From positions 1,045,135-1,065,134 of the forward strand of contig CAJYLB010000001.1 of NCBI GenBank assembly GCA_913775595.1: a stretch of 20,000 bases of DNA, written 5' to 3'. Source of the DNA: an uncultured Aquiluna sp. Lineage in GTDB: Bacteria; Actinomycetota; Actinomycetes; Actinomycetales; Microbacteriaceae. Shown piece by piece: positions 8,132 to 16,401 of the stretch; the stretch's first letter is position 1, and the number at the start of each line of letters is the position of its first letter. The notes below the pieces were generated by a model. The model was not told the origin of the DNA. It searched no databases and saw only the letters and a list, made by a program, of their open reading frames with translations. The translations under genes and the position numbers were made by a program.

Positions 8132-8380
8132 GTGCCAAAAATCATCGTTGAGATCATGCCCAAGCAGGATCTATTAGACCCCCAGGGCAAGGCAGTAGCC
8201 AACGCCCTAACAAGAATGGGCAACAAAGACATCTCTGGCGTAAGAATCGGCAAGCGCATCGAGCTTCACTTCGACCGCGAGGTAACAGAGACAGACCTCG
8301 AAGAGGCAAAGAAGCAGGCCAAAGAGTTTCTATCAAACGACGTCATTGAGGACGTGGTAGCGGTAACGGTAGAGAACTAA
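8132..8380 (+). CDS. purS: Phosphoribosylformylglycinamidine synthase subunit PurS
   Basis: 82 aa. Motifs [26 protein letters not shown]; first gene of purSQL. Confidence 0.95.
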   Translation: MPKIIVEIMPKQDLLDPQGKAVANALTRMGNKDISGVRIGKRIELHFDREVTETDLEEAKKQAKEFLSNDVIEDVVAVTVEN

Positions 8381-9075
8381 TGCGCATAGGCGTCATCACC
8401 TACCCCGGCACCCTAGACGACCGCGATGCCCAGAGGGCAGTGCGCCTTGCAGGCGGCACCCCGGTCTCCCTCTGGCACGCAGACGACGATCTCAAGAAGG
8501 TAGATGCGGTAGTCCTGCCAGGTGGATTCTCCTATGGCGATTACCTGCGCTGCGGAGCAATTGCAGCCAAGGCCCCTGCCACCAAAGAGGTCATCAAAAA
8601 AGCCCAGCAGGGCCTGCCCGTGCTGGGCATTTGCAATGGCTTCCAGGTGCTAGTTGAGTCTCATCTCCTCCCAGGCGGGCTGATTAGAAACGAACACCAG
8701 CACTTCATCTGCAGGGACCAGAAACTAAGGGTTGAAAACAACCAGACCGCCTGGACCAGCTTGTTCGAAAAAGACGAGGAGATCACAATCCCTCTTAAGA
8801 ACGGCGAGGGCGGCTACATCGCAACCGAAGACACCATCAAGATGCTCGAGGCAGAAAACCGAGTTGTCTTCCGCTACCTAGAACTAAACCCCAACGGCTC
8901 CATGAACGACATTGCGGGACTCACCAATGAGCGGGGCAACGTGGTTGGCCTCATGCCTCACCCTGAGCACGCCGTAGAACCAGGCTTCGGCCCAGACACC
9001 CCAGTTGCAACTAGAAGCGGCATCGACGGCCTCAAGTTCTTCCAGAGTGCCCTGAAGGCGTTGGTGAACAGCTAA
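8380..9075 (+). CDS. purQ: Phosphoribosylformylglycinamidine synthase glutaminase subunit PurQ
   Basis: Motifs [23 protein letters not shown] (catalytic Cys), GLMPHPE; TAATG coupling. Confidence 0.97.
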   Translation: MRIGVITYPGTLDDRDAQRAVRLAGGTPVSLWHADDDLKKVDAVVLPGGFSYGDYLRCGAIAAKAPATKEVIKKAQQGLPVLGICNGFQVLVESHLLPGGLIRNEHQHFICRDQKLRVENNQTAWTSLFEKDEEITIPLKNGEGGYIATEDTIKMLEAENRVVFRYLELNPNGSMNDIAGLTNERGNVVGLMPHPEHAVEPGFGPDTPVATRSGIDGLKFFQSALKALVNS

Positions 9076-11372
9076 TGCTCGGCAAGAAGAAAACACCATC
9101 GGGCGTCGACACCGTAGAGAACGCACAACAAGACCCAGATAAAGAGCAACCCTGGAAAGAGCTCGGCCTCAAAGAGGACGAGTATCAAAGCATCAGAGAG
9201 ATCCTTGGCCGCAGGCCAACCTCCTCAGAGCTTGCGATGTATTCGGTGATGTGGTCCGAGCACTGCAGCTACAAGTCCTCCAAGATCTACCTCCGCCAGT
9301 TTGGCGAGAAGGTAACAGACGAGATGAAAAAACACCTCATGGTCGGCATGGGTGAGAACGCAGGTGTTGTCGACATCGGTGAGGGACTAGCAGTCACCTT
9401 CAAGGTTGAGAGCCACAACCACCCCAGCTACATTGAACCCTTCCAAGGAGCAGCAACGGGAGTTGGCGGCATCGTCCGCGACATTCTTTCGATGGGAGCA
9501 AGACCGGTGGCGGTCATGGACCAGCTCCGCTTCGGAGCACCACAGGACCCCGACACCGCAAGGGTCGTCCACGGCGTAGTAGATGGCATCAGCTTCTATG
9601 GCAACTGCCTGGGGCTTCCAAACATCGGCGGCGAGACTGTGTTTGACAAGGTCTACCAGGGCAACCCACTGGTCAATGCCCTTTCCATTGGCGCCCTCAA
9701 GCACGAAGACCTCCAGCTCGCCAAGGCAACCAATGCCGGCGACCTGGTGATCCTCTTTGGAGCCAGGACCGGAGCCGACGGCATTGGTGGCGTGAGCGTG
9801 CTGGCATCAGAGACCTTTGGTGACGAGGGTCCAACCAAGAGACCAGCGGTTCAGGTCGGAGATCCCTTTGCCGAGAAGGTGCTTATCGAGTGCTGCCTCG
9901 AGCTCTTCCACGCAGGCGTAGTTGCGGGCATCCAGGACCTGGGTGGTGCTGGTATCTCTTGTGCAACAAGTGAGCTTGCCTCCAATGGCAACATGGGCAT
10001 GAAGATTCAGCTCAAGAACGTGCTGCTTAGGGACGAGAGCCTCACCCCAGAAGAGATCCTGATGAGCGAGTCTCAAGAGCGCATGTGTGCAATTGTTCCC
10101 AAGAAGCACCTCAAGGGCTTCGAGAAGATCGTCAACAAGTGGGAGGTTGAGTACTCGGTCCTAGGTGAGGTAATCAACGAGGACCGGCTCTACATTGACT
10201 GGGGACACGAAGAGATCGTCAACGTGCCACCCAGAACCGTCGCCCACGACGGTCCTGTCTATGAGCGCCCAGTCGAATACCCCAAGTATCAAGATGCTCT
10301 AAACGCAGACAGCTCAGCAAAGCTCAAGAGGGCCGAGAACCCAACCGAGGTTGCCACCCAGCTCATGGAGCTAATCTCCACCCCTAACCACGCAGACAAG
10401 TCCTGGGTTACCAACCAATATGACAAATACGTCATGGGAAACACAGCACTTGCCATGCCAGACGATGGCGGCATGGTCAGGATCAGCGAGGAGACAGGTC
10501 TCGGTGTTGCCCTGGCAACAGATGCCAATGGCAAGTACTGCTACCTCGACCCCTATGAGGGAGCAAGGCAAGCACTAGCGGAGGCCTATAGAAACGTTGC
10601 TGTCACGGGCGCAGTCCCAAGAGCAGTAACCAACTGCCTAAACTTTGGCTCCCCTGAGAACCCAGAGGTGATGTGGCAATTCAAGCAGGCAACTGCGGGC
10701 CTCGCAGATGCCTGCCAAGAACTAGGTATTCCGGTAACAGGCGGCAACGTCAGCTTCTATAACCAAACCGGCGACACAGCCATCTACCCAACCCCTGTAG
10801 TTGGTGTTCTAGGTGTCATTGATGATGTTGCGAGGAGGGTGCCATCAGGTTGGCAGGACGATGGCAACAACATCTATCTCCTCGGAACTACCTACGACGA
10901 ACTAGATGGTTCGGCATGGGCCAAAGACCTCCATGATCACCTCGGTGGCAAGCCTCCAAAGGTTGACCTGCATAAAGAGAAAGAGCTTGCAGACCTGCTA
11001 CATGGCGCAGCAATGCAGGGCCTTATCGAGGCCGCACACGACATCTCTGAGGGTGGCCTAGGAATCGCAATCCTGGAGGCAAGCCTCAGGTTCAATGTTG
11101 GAGCAAGGATCTGGATTGGTGAGCTCATGGAGCGAGACAACGTAGACCTAACATCAGCACTATTCTCTGAGTCTCAGGCAAGAGTCCTTGTCTCTGTTGG
11201 CAGAGAAGACGACGTCAAGTTCCAAGCGCTCTGCGAAGCCAGAGGTGTTCCAGTTCTAAGAATCGGTGTCACCGACAAGGAGAGCCATGCAGTTGAGATC
11301 CAGGATGTTGCCAAGCTCGAGCTTGGCGAGATTAAGGGTGCTTGGGCTGGGGTATTGCCGGGGCTTTACTAG
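9075..11372 (+). CDS. purL: Phosphoribosylformylglycinamidine synthase subunit PurL
   Basis: Motifs [71 protein letters not shown]. Confidence 0.98.
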   Translation: MLGKKKTPSGVDTVENAQQDPDKEQPWKELGLKEDEYQSIREILGRRPTSSELAMYSVMWSEHCSYKSSKIYLRQFGEKVTDEMKKHLMVGMGENAGVVDIGEGLAVTFKVESHNHPSYIEPFQGAATGVGGIVRDILSMGARPVAVMDQLRFGAPQDPDTARVVHGVVDGISFYGNCLGLPNIGGETVFDKVYQGNPLVNALSIGALKHEDLQLAKATNAGDLVILFGARTGADGIGGVSVLASETFGDEGPTKRPAVQVGDPFAEKVLIECCLELFHAGVVAGIQDLGGAGISCATSELASNGNMGMKIQLKNVLLRDESLTPEEILMSESQERMCAIVPKKHLKGFEKIVNKWEVEYSVLGEVINEDRLYIDWGHEEIVNVPPRTVAHDGPVYERPVEYPKYQDALNADSSAKLKRAENPTEVATQLMELISTPNHADKSWVTNQYDKYVMGNTALAMPDDGGMVRISEETGLGVALATDANGKYCYLDPYEGARQALAEAYRNVAVTGAVPRAVTNCLNFGSPENPEVMWQFKQATAGLADACQELGIPVTGGNVSFYNQTGDTAIYPTPVVGVLGVIDDVARRVPSGWQDDGNNIYLLGTTYDELDGSAWAKDLHDHLGGKPPKVDLHKEKELADLLHGAAMQGLIEAAHDISEGGLGIAILEASLRFNVGARIWIGELMERDNVDLTSALFSESQARVLVSVGREDDVKFQALCEARGVPVLRIGVTDKESHAVEIQDVAKLELGEIKGAWAGVLPGLY

Positions 11373-11399
11373 AGCTGCTCTTTACGAGGGAAGCGGTGG

Positions 11400-12272
11400 T
11401 TAGTAGGCAACGTTGACACCAAATTCGGCTTCTTCAGGCAAAAACCCCTCGTAGATCAATTGGTCGTAAAGTTTCTGTCTCGAGAAAGACGAGTATTCAA
11501 GATACGACTCCGCTGACTTAACCGCTTGTTCAAACCAGTCAACATTTAGGGAGTCAACAGCAAATGTTGAGTCCGCTCGAGAGAAGCCCTCGTACTCAAG
11601 TTGGGCAATGAGACCAGTTCGAGAGAAAGCTGAATATCTCAAATAAGACTCCGCTGAACCTATGGCATTTGCCTGATCAGCACTCCCGCCCGAGGATGAC
11701 TCCTGCTCCTCAAAGGCCCGTTCTACACCGTAGGCTGCCTCCGCCTCGCTGAAGCCCTCATAAATCAATTGATCCAAGAGTCCGGATCTCGAAAAAGACG
11801 AGTATTCCAGGTAGCTTTCCGCTGACTTAGCTGCTTGCTCGAACCAGTCTGCGTTGACGGCATCTACGGCATAGCTAGAGTTTTCAAATGAATAGCCTTC
11901 GTACTCAAGCTGCTCTATTAGCCCAGTCCTCGAAAATGCGGAGAAGCGAAGATACGACTCAGCGCTCTTGCGAGCATTTCGCTCTTCAGAAGTTTCGGAC
12001 AGAGATGATGAATCTTCGGTTCGATCTTCAGCTTCCGCTGAGGAATCTGCTTGTGATTCAACACCTTGGTCATTAGGTTCTTGAGGTTCGTTTAGCTCCG
12101 TTGGGGTATCACTGCCAGCACTGGGTTGCTGGGACGAGTTGGTTAAGGATGCTTGCTCTCGTGGAACAGAGTTTTGAGCGCTGATAATGCCCAGGACCAA
12201 AAGTATCAGCGGAATTGCAAAGCGCTTTTTTTGATACCAAGGTCTGCTTTTCTTTTGATCTGCATCCGACAT
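11400..12272 (-). CDS. Membrane-anchored surface protein with four Ltp-like repeats (host-cell surface-exposed lipoprotein / superinfection-exclusion repeat family)
   Basis: N-terminal RPWYQKKRF plus a hydrophobic helix, an acidic Ser-rich linker, then four ~44-aa repeats of the type A..SAESYL.(Y/F)S.FSR..L..QL.YEG(F/Y)S..(E/D)...(A/G)V, with DW.EQA.KSA opening repeats 2 and 4. SD AAGGGGAG and -10 TATACT lie upstream. Confidence 0.82.
   Translation of the reverse strand: MSDADQKKSRPWYQKKRFAIPLILLVLGIISAQNSVPREQASLTNSSQQPSAGSDTPTELNEPQEPNDQGVESQADSSAEAEDRTEDSSSLSETSEERNARKSAESYLRFSAFSRTGLIEQLEYEGYSFENSSYAVDAVNADWFEQAAKSAESYLEYSSFSRSGLLDQLIYEGFSEAEAAYGVERAFEEQESSSGGSADQANAIGSAESYLRYSAFSRTGLIAQLEYEGFSRADSTFAVDSLNVDWFEQAVKSAESYLEYSSFSRQKLYDQLIYEGFLPEEAEFGVNVAY
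11403..11990 (-). repeat. Intragenic tandem duplication (two ~103-codon units, each carrying two Ltp-like repeats)
   Basis: SAESYLRF at aa 103 recurs as SAESYLRY at aa 206, and DWFEQA at aa 142 recurs at aa 245. DNA similarity is visible (aaagacgagtattc...tccgctgactta...aaccagtc near 11486-11540 and 11794-11849). Confidence 0.9.
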
Positions 12273-12333
12273 ATTGGATCTCCCCTTTTTCAGTATAAGC
12301 GGGGCACGCCCCGTTGGGTGTTACTCTCATCGA

Positions 12334-13344
12334 GTGAAAAAGTCAACGTGGATTGGCATTACTGCCGGAGCTCTGGTAGCCATTTTGGGTGGTGGTGCTC
12401 TAGCCGTTGGTGACTACGTCTACACCTCAGGAACCGCAGTTCCCTGCGCAATCAACGACGACGATCTTGCCAACAAGCCCGAAGAGTTTTACACCCCCGG
12501 AAGTGGCAATGGTCCATTCCCAGGTCCCGGTTGGGAGAAGTGGGTGGGTCACGACATTTCTGAGTGGTGGATGGTCGGTGTTCCCTACGATGCCGTGACC
12601 ATTCCGGTTGAAGAGGAAGTTGATCTCTCTGCCTGGTGGATTACACCTATTGAGGGAAACGGCAAGACCGTGATTGTTACCCACGGAATAGGAACTTCTC
12701 GCCGCGACTACAACACTCTCTTACCTGTGGGGATGCTCGTGAATAACGGTTTCAACGTTTTACTCGTTGACTCGCGTGACACCGGTGAGTCCACCTGCAC
12801 CGATGGGCGCCATTCAGCCGGCCAAGAAGAATCCTCTGACTTTGCAGCGGTAGCCGAGTGGCTCGTGATGAAACAGGGAATCGTGCCTTCCGAGCTTGGG
12901 ATGTTTGGCGTTTCAGGTGGTGCTATTGCAACCAGCATGCTGCCTGCTAAGACGGACCTAGTCGCAGCCTTTGCAATGGAGGGAACAATCTTCGACTTCA
13001 ACGCAGCCGCAACCAGAGAGGTTGAATACCAGGGATTCCCTGGTTTCTTGTGGCAGTTGGCCCTGATCGCAGCTCAGCTCTTCCATGGCGTAAACCTGAC
13101 TGAGACCTCAGCCATGGATGGAATTGAGGCAGCAGGTGCAAGGCCAATGCTTATCCTCCACGGTGACAGCGACCAGAGGCTTGACTACCAGTCCTCAGTT
13201 GATTTCTACGAATACGGGAAGTCGGTGGGTGCCAACATCCAGCTCGAGACTTTCGTTGGGGCAGATCACACCGAGGGAATGCTCACCGAGCCTGAGCGCT
13301 ACGAGCGGCTCCTAGTTGAATTTTTTGAATCAGCTCTCGATTAG
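12334..13344 (+). CDS. Membrane-anchored or secreted alpha/beta-fold serine hydrolase
   Basis: N-terminal KK plus hydrophobic helix, oxyanion HG (THGIG), nucleophile elbow GVSGG, Asp in HGDSDQRL, His in GADH. Start placed at GTG 12334, 6 nt after TG-T-TACTCT. Confidence 0.85.
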   Translation: MKKSTWIGITAGALVAILGGGALAVGDYVYTSGTAVPCAINDDDLANKPEEFYTPGSGNGPFPGPGWEKWVGHDISEWWMVGVPYDAVTIPVEEEVDLSAWWITPIEGNGKTVIVTHGIGTSRRDYNTLLPVGMLVNNGFNVLLVDSRDTGESTCTDGRHSAGQEESSDFAAVAEWLVMKQGIVPSELGMFGVSGGAIATSMLPAKTDLVAAFAMEGTIFDFNAAATREVEYQGFPGFLWQLALIAAQLFHGVNLTETSAMDGIEAAGARPMLILHGDSDQRLDYQSSVDFYEYGKSVGANIQLETFVGADHTEGMLTEPERYERLLVEFFESALD

Positions 13345-13348
13345 AGGA

Positions 13349-14272
13349 CTACTTACCAGATCCAAATACTCTTCCAAGAGCACTAGCTGCTGCTGAGAAC
13401 TCGCTTGGGATGAACCAGACCTTGTTCGCATCTCCCTGGCTCATCTCCTTGAGCTGCTCGATGTATTTATAGGCAAGTGCCTGGTCTGTGACCGAGGCTT
13501 CAGCCAAAGCATCGAAGACCTTTTGAATAGCCTTTGCTTCACCGTCTGCAACCAGTGCCTCGGCCTTCGCGTCAGCCTCTGCCTTGAGGATGATGGCCTT
13601 GGCCTGACCTTCAGCGCGAAGAATCTCGGCCTGCTTATTACCCTCAGCGGTGAGGATGTCGGACTGCTTAGTTCCTTCGGCCAGCAAGATGGCGGCGCGC
13701 TTGTCACGCTCGGCCTTCATCTGCTTTTCCATTGACTCGCGCACCGACTCTGGTGGGACGATGTCGCGAATCTCTACGCGGTTTACTCTCACGCCCCACT
13801 TGCCAGTTGCCTCGTCGAGTACTGCACGAAGCGCGCCATTGATCTCTTCTCGAGAGGTCAGGGCGTCTTCAAGATCGAGGCTTCCAACCTTGTTTCGCAA
13901 GGTGGTGACAGTCAGCTGCTCAATACCTAATACAAAGTTTGCAATCTCATAGGTTGCCGACTTGGGGTCGGTGACCTGGTAGTAGATGACGGTGTCGATC
14001 TCGATAACTAGGTTGTCCTCGGTGATTACCGACTGAGGCTGAAAATCTACGACCTGCTCCCTCAGGTCAACGGTTCTGCGAACCACATCAATGAATGGGA
14101 AGACTAGGTTCACACCAGCCTCGAGAGTCTTGTGATAGCGACCTAGTCGCTCGACAACACCGGCGGTTGCCTGGGGGATGATGCGGATGGAGCGGATCAG
14201 TAGGACCGCTACCAGAATTAGGAAGATGGCTGTGCCGACTCCTCCAAAGTCAAAGCTTCTTAGAAAGTCCAT
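13349..14272 (-). CDS. SPFH/band-7 (stomatin-like, QmcA/HflC-type) membrane protein
   Basis: N-terminal TM, VVERLGRY, DLREQV, QSVITEDN, WGVRVNRVEI, MEKQMKAER, and an AEG-rich coiled coil. Confidence 0.93.
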   Translation of the reverse strand: MDFLRSFDFGGVGTAIFLILVAVLLIRSIRIIPQATAGVVERLGRYHKTLEAGVNLVFPFIDVVRRTVDLREQVVDFQPQSVITEDNLVIEIDTVIYYQVTDPKSATYEIANFVLGIEQLTVTTLRNKVGSLDLEDALTSREEINGALRAVLDEATGKWGVRVNRVEIRDIVPPESVRESMEKQMKAERDKRAAILLAEGTKQSDILTAEGNKQAEILRAEGQAKAIILKAEADAKAEALVADGEAKAIQKVFDALAEASVTDQALAYKYIEQLKEMSQGDANKVWFIPSEFSAAASALGRVFGSGK

Positions 14273-14276
14273 CCGA

Positions 14277-14687
14277 CTACCTCACAATCAGTGTTGCGCC
14301 ATCGATCTCTTCGATGGTCACCTTGGCGCCCTTCATACGAACACCCTCTTTGACCCTCGCACTCCAGTCCTCGCCCCAGACCTTCACGAGTCCTGAGTCC
14401 TCGGTCACGTCCTGGGTCACCGTTGCCTGCTTCCCAACCAGAGAGGAGACATTAGTCATGCGCTCTGGGTGCTTGCCTTGCCACTTCGCGATTAGCGGTC
14501 TCACATAGACAAGGGCCACTATCGCCGCCGCCAAGAACCCTGCTCCCTGCAGCCACATCGGAGCATCGAACAGGGAGAGCACAAGCGGCACAAGCGTCGC
14601 AACCGCGAGCGCCGCAAAATACAGGCCATAGGTCAGAAGCTCAATGACCACCAAGGCAGCAAGCACTGCCAGCCAGACAAAAGTCAT
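14277..14687 (-). CDS. NfeD-family membrane protein (short form, C-terminal OB fold)
   Basis: Hydrophobic N-terminus with ELLT, then LVGKQATV, GLVKVWGEDWSAR, IDGATLIV; the classical partner gene upstream of SPFH. Confidence 0.9.
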   Translation of the reverse strand: MTFVWLAVLAALVVIELLTYGLYFAALAVATLVPLVLSLFDAPMWLQGAGFLAAAIVALVYVRPLIAKWQGKHPERMTNVSSLVGKQATVTQDVTEDSGLVKVWGEDWSARVKEGVRMKGAKVTIEEIDGATLIVR

Positions 14688-14779
14688 CTCGCTCCCTTCA
14701 CTACCCCTAGCTTAAGTGGCTGGGGCGACAAAACAAACCGGTACAGGTAGGTCACTAGGGCGCTAGCCGAGGCTTACGT

Positions 14780-14814
14780 AAAAGAAAACCCCGGGCCGGG
14801 GCCCGGGGTTCTCT
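14780..14814 (-). terminator. Intrinsic terminator downstream of the secreted-protein gene
   Basis: Perfect 10-bp stem AACCCCGGGC / GCCCGGGGTT (14787-14810) with a 4-nt loop, followed on the minus strand by TTCTTTT. Confidence 0.85.
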
Positions 14815-14827
14815 ATTGCCGATTGCT

Positions 14828-15475
14828 TCAGGCGTTAGGCATTTGCCTTTCGCCCTCAAAGGAAGGTCCCATGTGACCGCGGTGCTTACCACCGCGGAAA
14901 CCTGGGTGGCCACGCTTCTCCTGGTGCTCTGCAGCAACATCGGCGCTGTAGGTAACAGAAAGCGGGCCTGATGAAGTGGCGGTTGCATTGCCCTCGTCAT
15001 CGACGGTGATAGTCACTAGCACGGGGGAGGTGCCGTCAGATGGGTAGAGAGCGAGCTTGGTTACGCCAGCTTCAGTTGGAGCACGAAAACCAAGAAGTCC
15101 AGAAAGAGTCCCGTCTTCAATTTCGGTGCGTGTTGGGGTGTCGCCATCAAAAGAGATGGGGCGAATGCCGATTCGCCTTCCATCCCCTGTTGGCTCCTGA
15201 TCTGGAACCGAGGTCGCATCACTGTCAAGGAGGTAAACAGTGAAGTAGGCGCCTGCGTGTGCGGCCCTTGCCTCAGTTACGTCTTCTGGAATGCCAATCA
15301 CTTCTGCATCCAGGGTTGCTCGGTTGTGGTCCTCGTGAGAGCGAGCCTCGTGGCTCATCCCTGAGTGGCCCTCTCGCTCGCCTCGATCATCTGCGAGCGC
15401 TGGCAGAGCCAGTCCGAGCGTGCCGGTAGCAACCACAGCTAGAGCTGCGATGCCTACCTTGGCTGATTTCTTCAT
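14828..15475 (-). CDS. Hypothetical secreted protein with His-rich N- and C-terminal tails
   Basis: Signal peptide MKKSAKVGIAALAVVATGTLGLALPALA with an A-x-A cleavage site. SD GAAAGGA precedes ATG 15475, and the gene has its own terminator. No family recognised. Confidence 0.8.
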   Translation of the reverse strand: MKKSAKVGIAALAVVATGTLGLALPALADDRGEREGHSGMSHEARSHEDHNRATLDAEVIGIPEDVTEARAAHAGAYFTVYLLDSDATSVPDQEPTGDGRRIGIRPISFDGDTPTRTEIEDGTLSGLLGFRAPTEAGVTKLALYPSDGTSPVLVTITVDDEGNATATSSGPLSVTYSADVAAEHQEKRGHPGFRGGKHRGHMGPSFEGERQMPNA

Positions 15476-15550
15476 CCGTATCCTTTCGTGGATACGAATC
15501 AAGTTAGAGAAGTCGTCAGCGATAGGTAGCCAAAATCAGCATCCTGCTAT

Positions 15551-15572
15551 GAAGCTTGCAGGAAGCTCTCAG
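15551..15572. promoter_or_regulatory. 11-bp tandem direct repeat GAAGCTTGCAG/GAAGCTCTCAG; candidate OmpR/PhoB-family response-regulator site
   Basis: 9 of 11 positions identical with one-helical-turn periodicity, located upstream of the secreted-protein gene. Confidence 0.4.
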
Positions 15573-15573
15573 T

Positions 15574-16200
15574 TTAGAAAAGGCGCCAGGGAGAGAGCTT
15601 CCAGCCCATGCGCACTGCAGTCAGGCGGATCGCAACCATAACGACAGCCGCTATGAGGACATCTAGGTACTCCGGAGTTTGAAGCTGAGAGAGCAGCACA
15701 ACAAGCCAGCCACCAGCAAACGCAATGACCGCATACGGCTGGTGATCGTGGAAGGCCCTCGGGACCTCGTTAACGAGCACATCGCGCAGGATGCCCCCCA
15801 CTACCGCCGTAATGACACCCATGAGCACTGCGATCAGCGGGGTCTGTCCGGTTTGAAGGGCAATATGGGTTCCACCTGCCGCAAAGATGCCAAGACCGAA
15901 GGCATCAGGAACAAGCATTGCCTTCTCGGTGAATTCAATGTGCCTAGCTCTGAAAAAGAAAGGCAGGGAAAGTCCGGCAACAATTAGGGCCCACACCCAA
16001 ATCTCCTGCTCGACCCAAAAGAATGGCCGGCGATCCAGCAAAACGTCGCGCAATGTGCCGCCACCGAAGGCGGCAATGGCACCAATCATTACGACACCGA
16101 CAAGATCGAACTGTTTTCTTGCGGCCTCAATGATTCCCGAGAGCGCGAACGCGATAACGCCTAACACCTCGAAGACGAGAAGAAAGGTGTCTAGGTTCAT
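15574..16200 (-). CDS. Trimeric intracellular cation channel family (UPF0126/YadS-like) membrane protein
   Basis: Twofold repeat: GVIAFALSG...AFGGGTLRDVLL and DAFGLGIFAAGG...TAVVGGILRDVL..EVP; about 7 TM helices. Confidence 0.92.
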   Translation of the reverse strand: MNLDTFLLVFEVLGVIAFALSGIIEAARKQFDLVGVVMIGAIAAFGGGTLRDVLLDRRPFFWVEQEIWVWALIVAGLSLPFFFRARHIEFTEKAMLVPDAFGLGIFAAGGTHIALQTGQTPLIAVLMGVITAVVGGILRDVLVNEVPRAFHDHQPYAVIAFAGGWLVVLLSQLQTPEYLDVLIAAVVMVAIRLTAVRMGWKLSPWRLF

Positions 16201-16214
16201 TTTCTTCTCCCTTG

Positions 16215-16297
16215 TGCGCGAGGCGGGACTTGAACCCGCACGTCCTTGCGGACACTGGCACCTGAAGCCAGCGCGTCTGCCATTTCGCCACTCGCGC
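16215..16297 (-). tRNA. tRNA-Leu (CAG); CCA not encoded
   Basis: Acceptor stem GCGCGAG/CTCGCGC plus discriminator A, D arm TGGCGAAATGGCAGACGC, anticodon arm CTGGC-TTCAGGT-GCCAG, long variable arm GTCC-GCAA-GGAC, T arm GCGGG-TTCAAGT-CCCGC. Confidence 0.97.
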
Positions 16298-16401
16298 AGT
16301 AGCAGCTGGAAAGCCTCTAGAGATTAGCAGAGAACCTGCCGCCGAGTAAGGGGCGGGATTAGACTTACCTAACCCACAGCGACATCTCGAAAGTAGGCGA
16401 A

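Noticed and set aside
11373..11399. att-site duplication of the tRNA-Leu 3' end, or a strong terminator after purL
   Set aside because: No match to the tRNA 3' sequence was seen, and only weak pairing (AGAGC-T-GCTCT) is possible.
11400..12272. Prophage remnant or true lipoprotein
   Set aside because: No other phage genes are in the window, and the protein has no cysteine, hence no lipobox.
16369..16379. Degenerate DnaA box (TAACCCACA) upstream of fhaA
   Set aside because: Two mismatches from consensus and isolated, so chance occurrence is likely.
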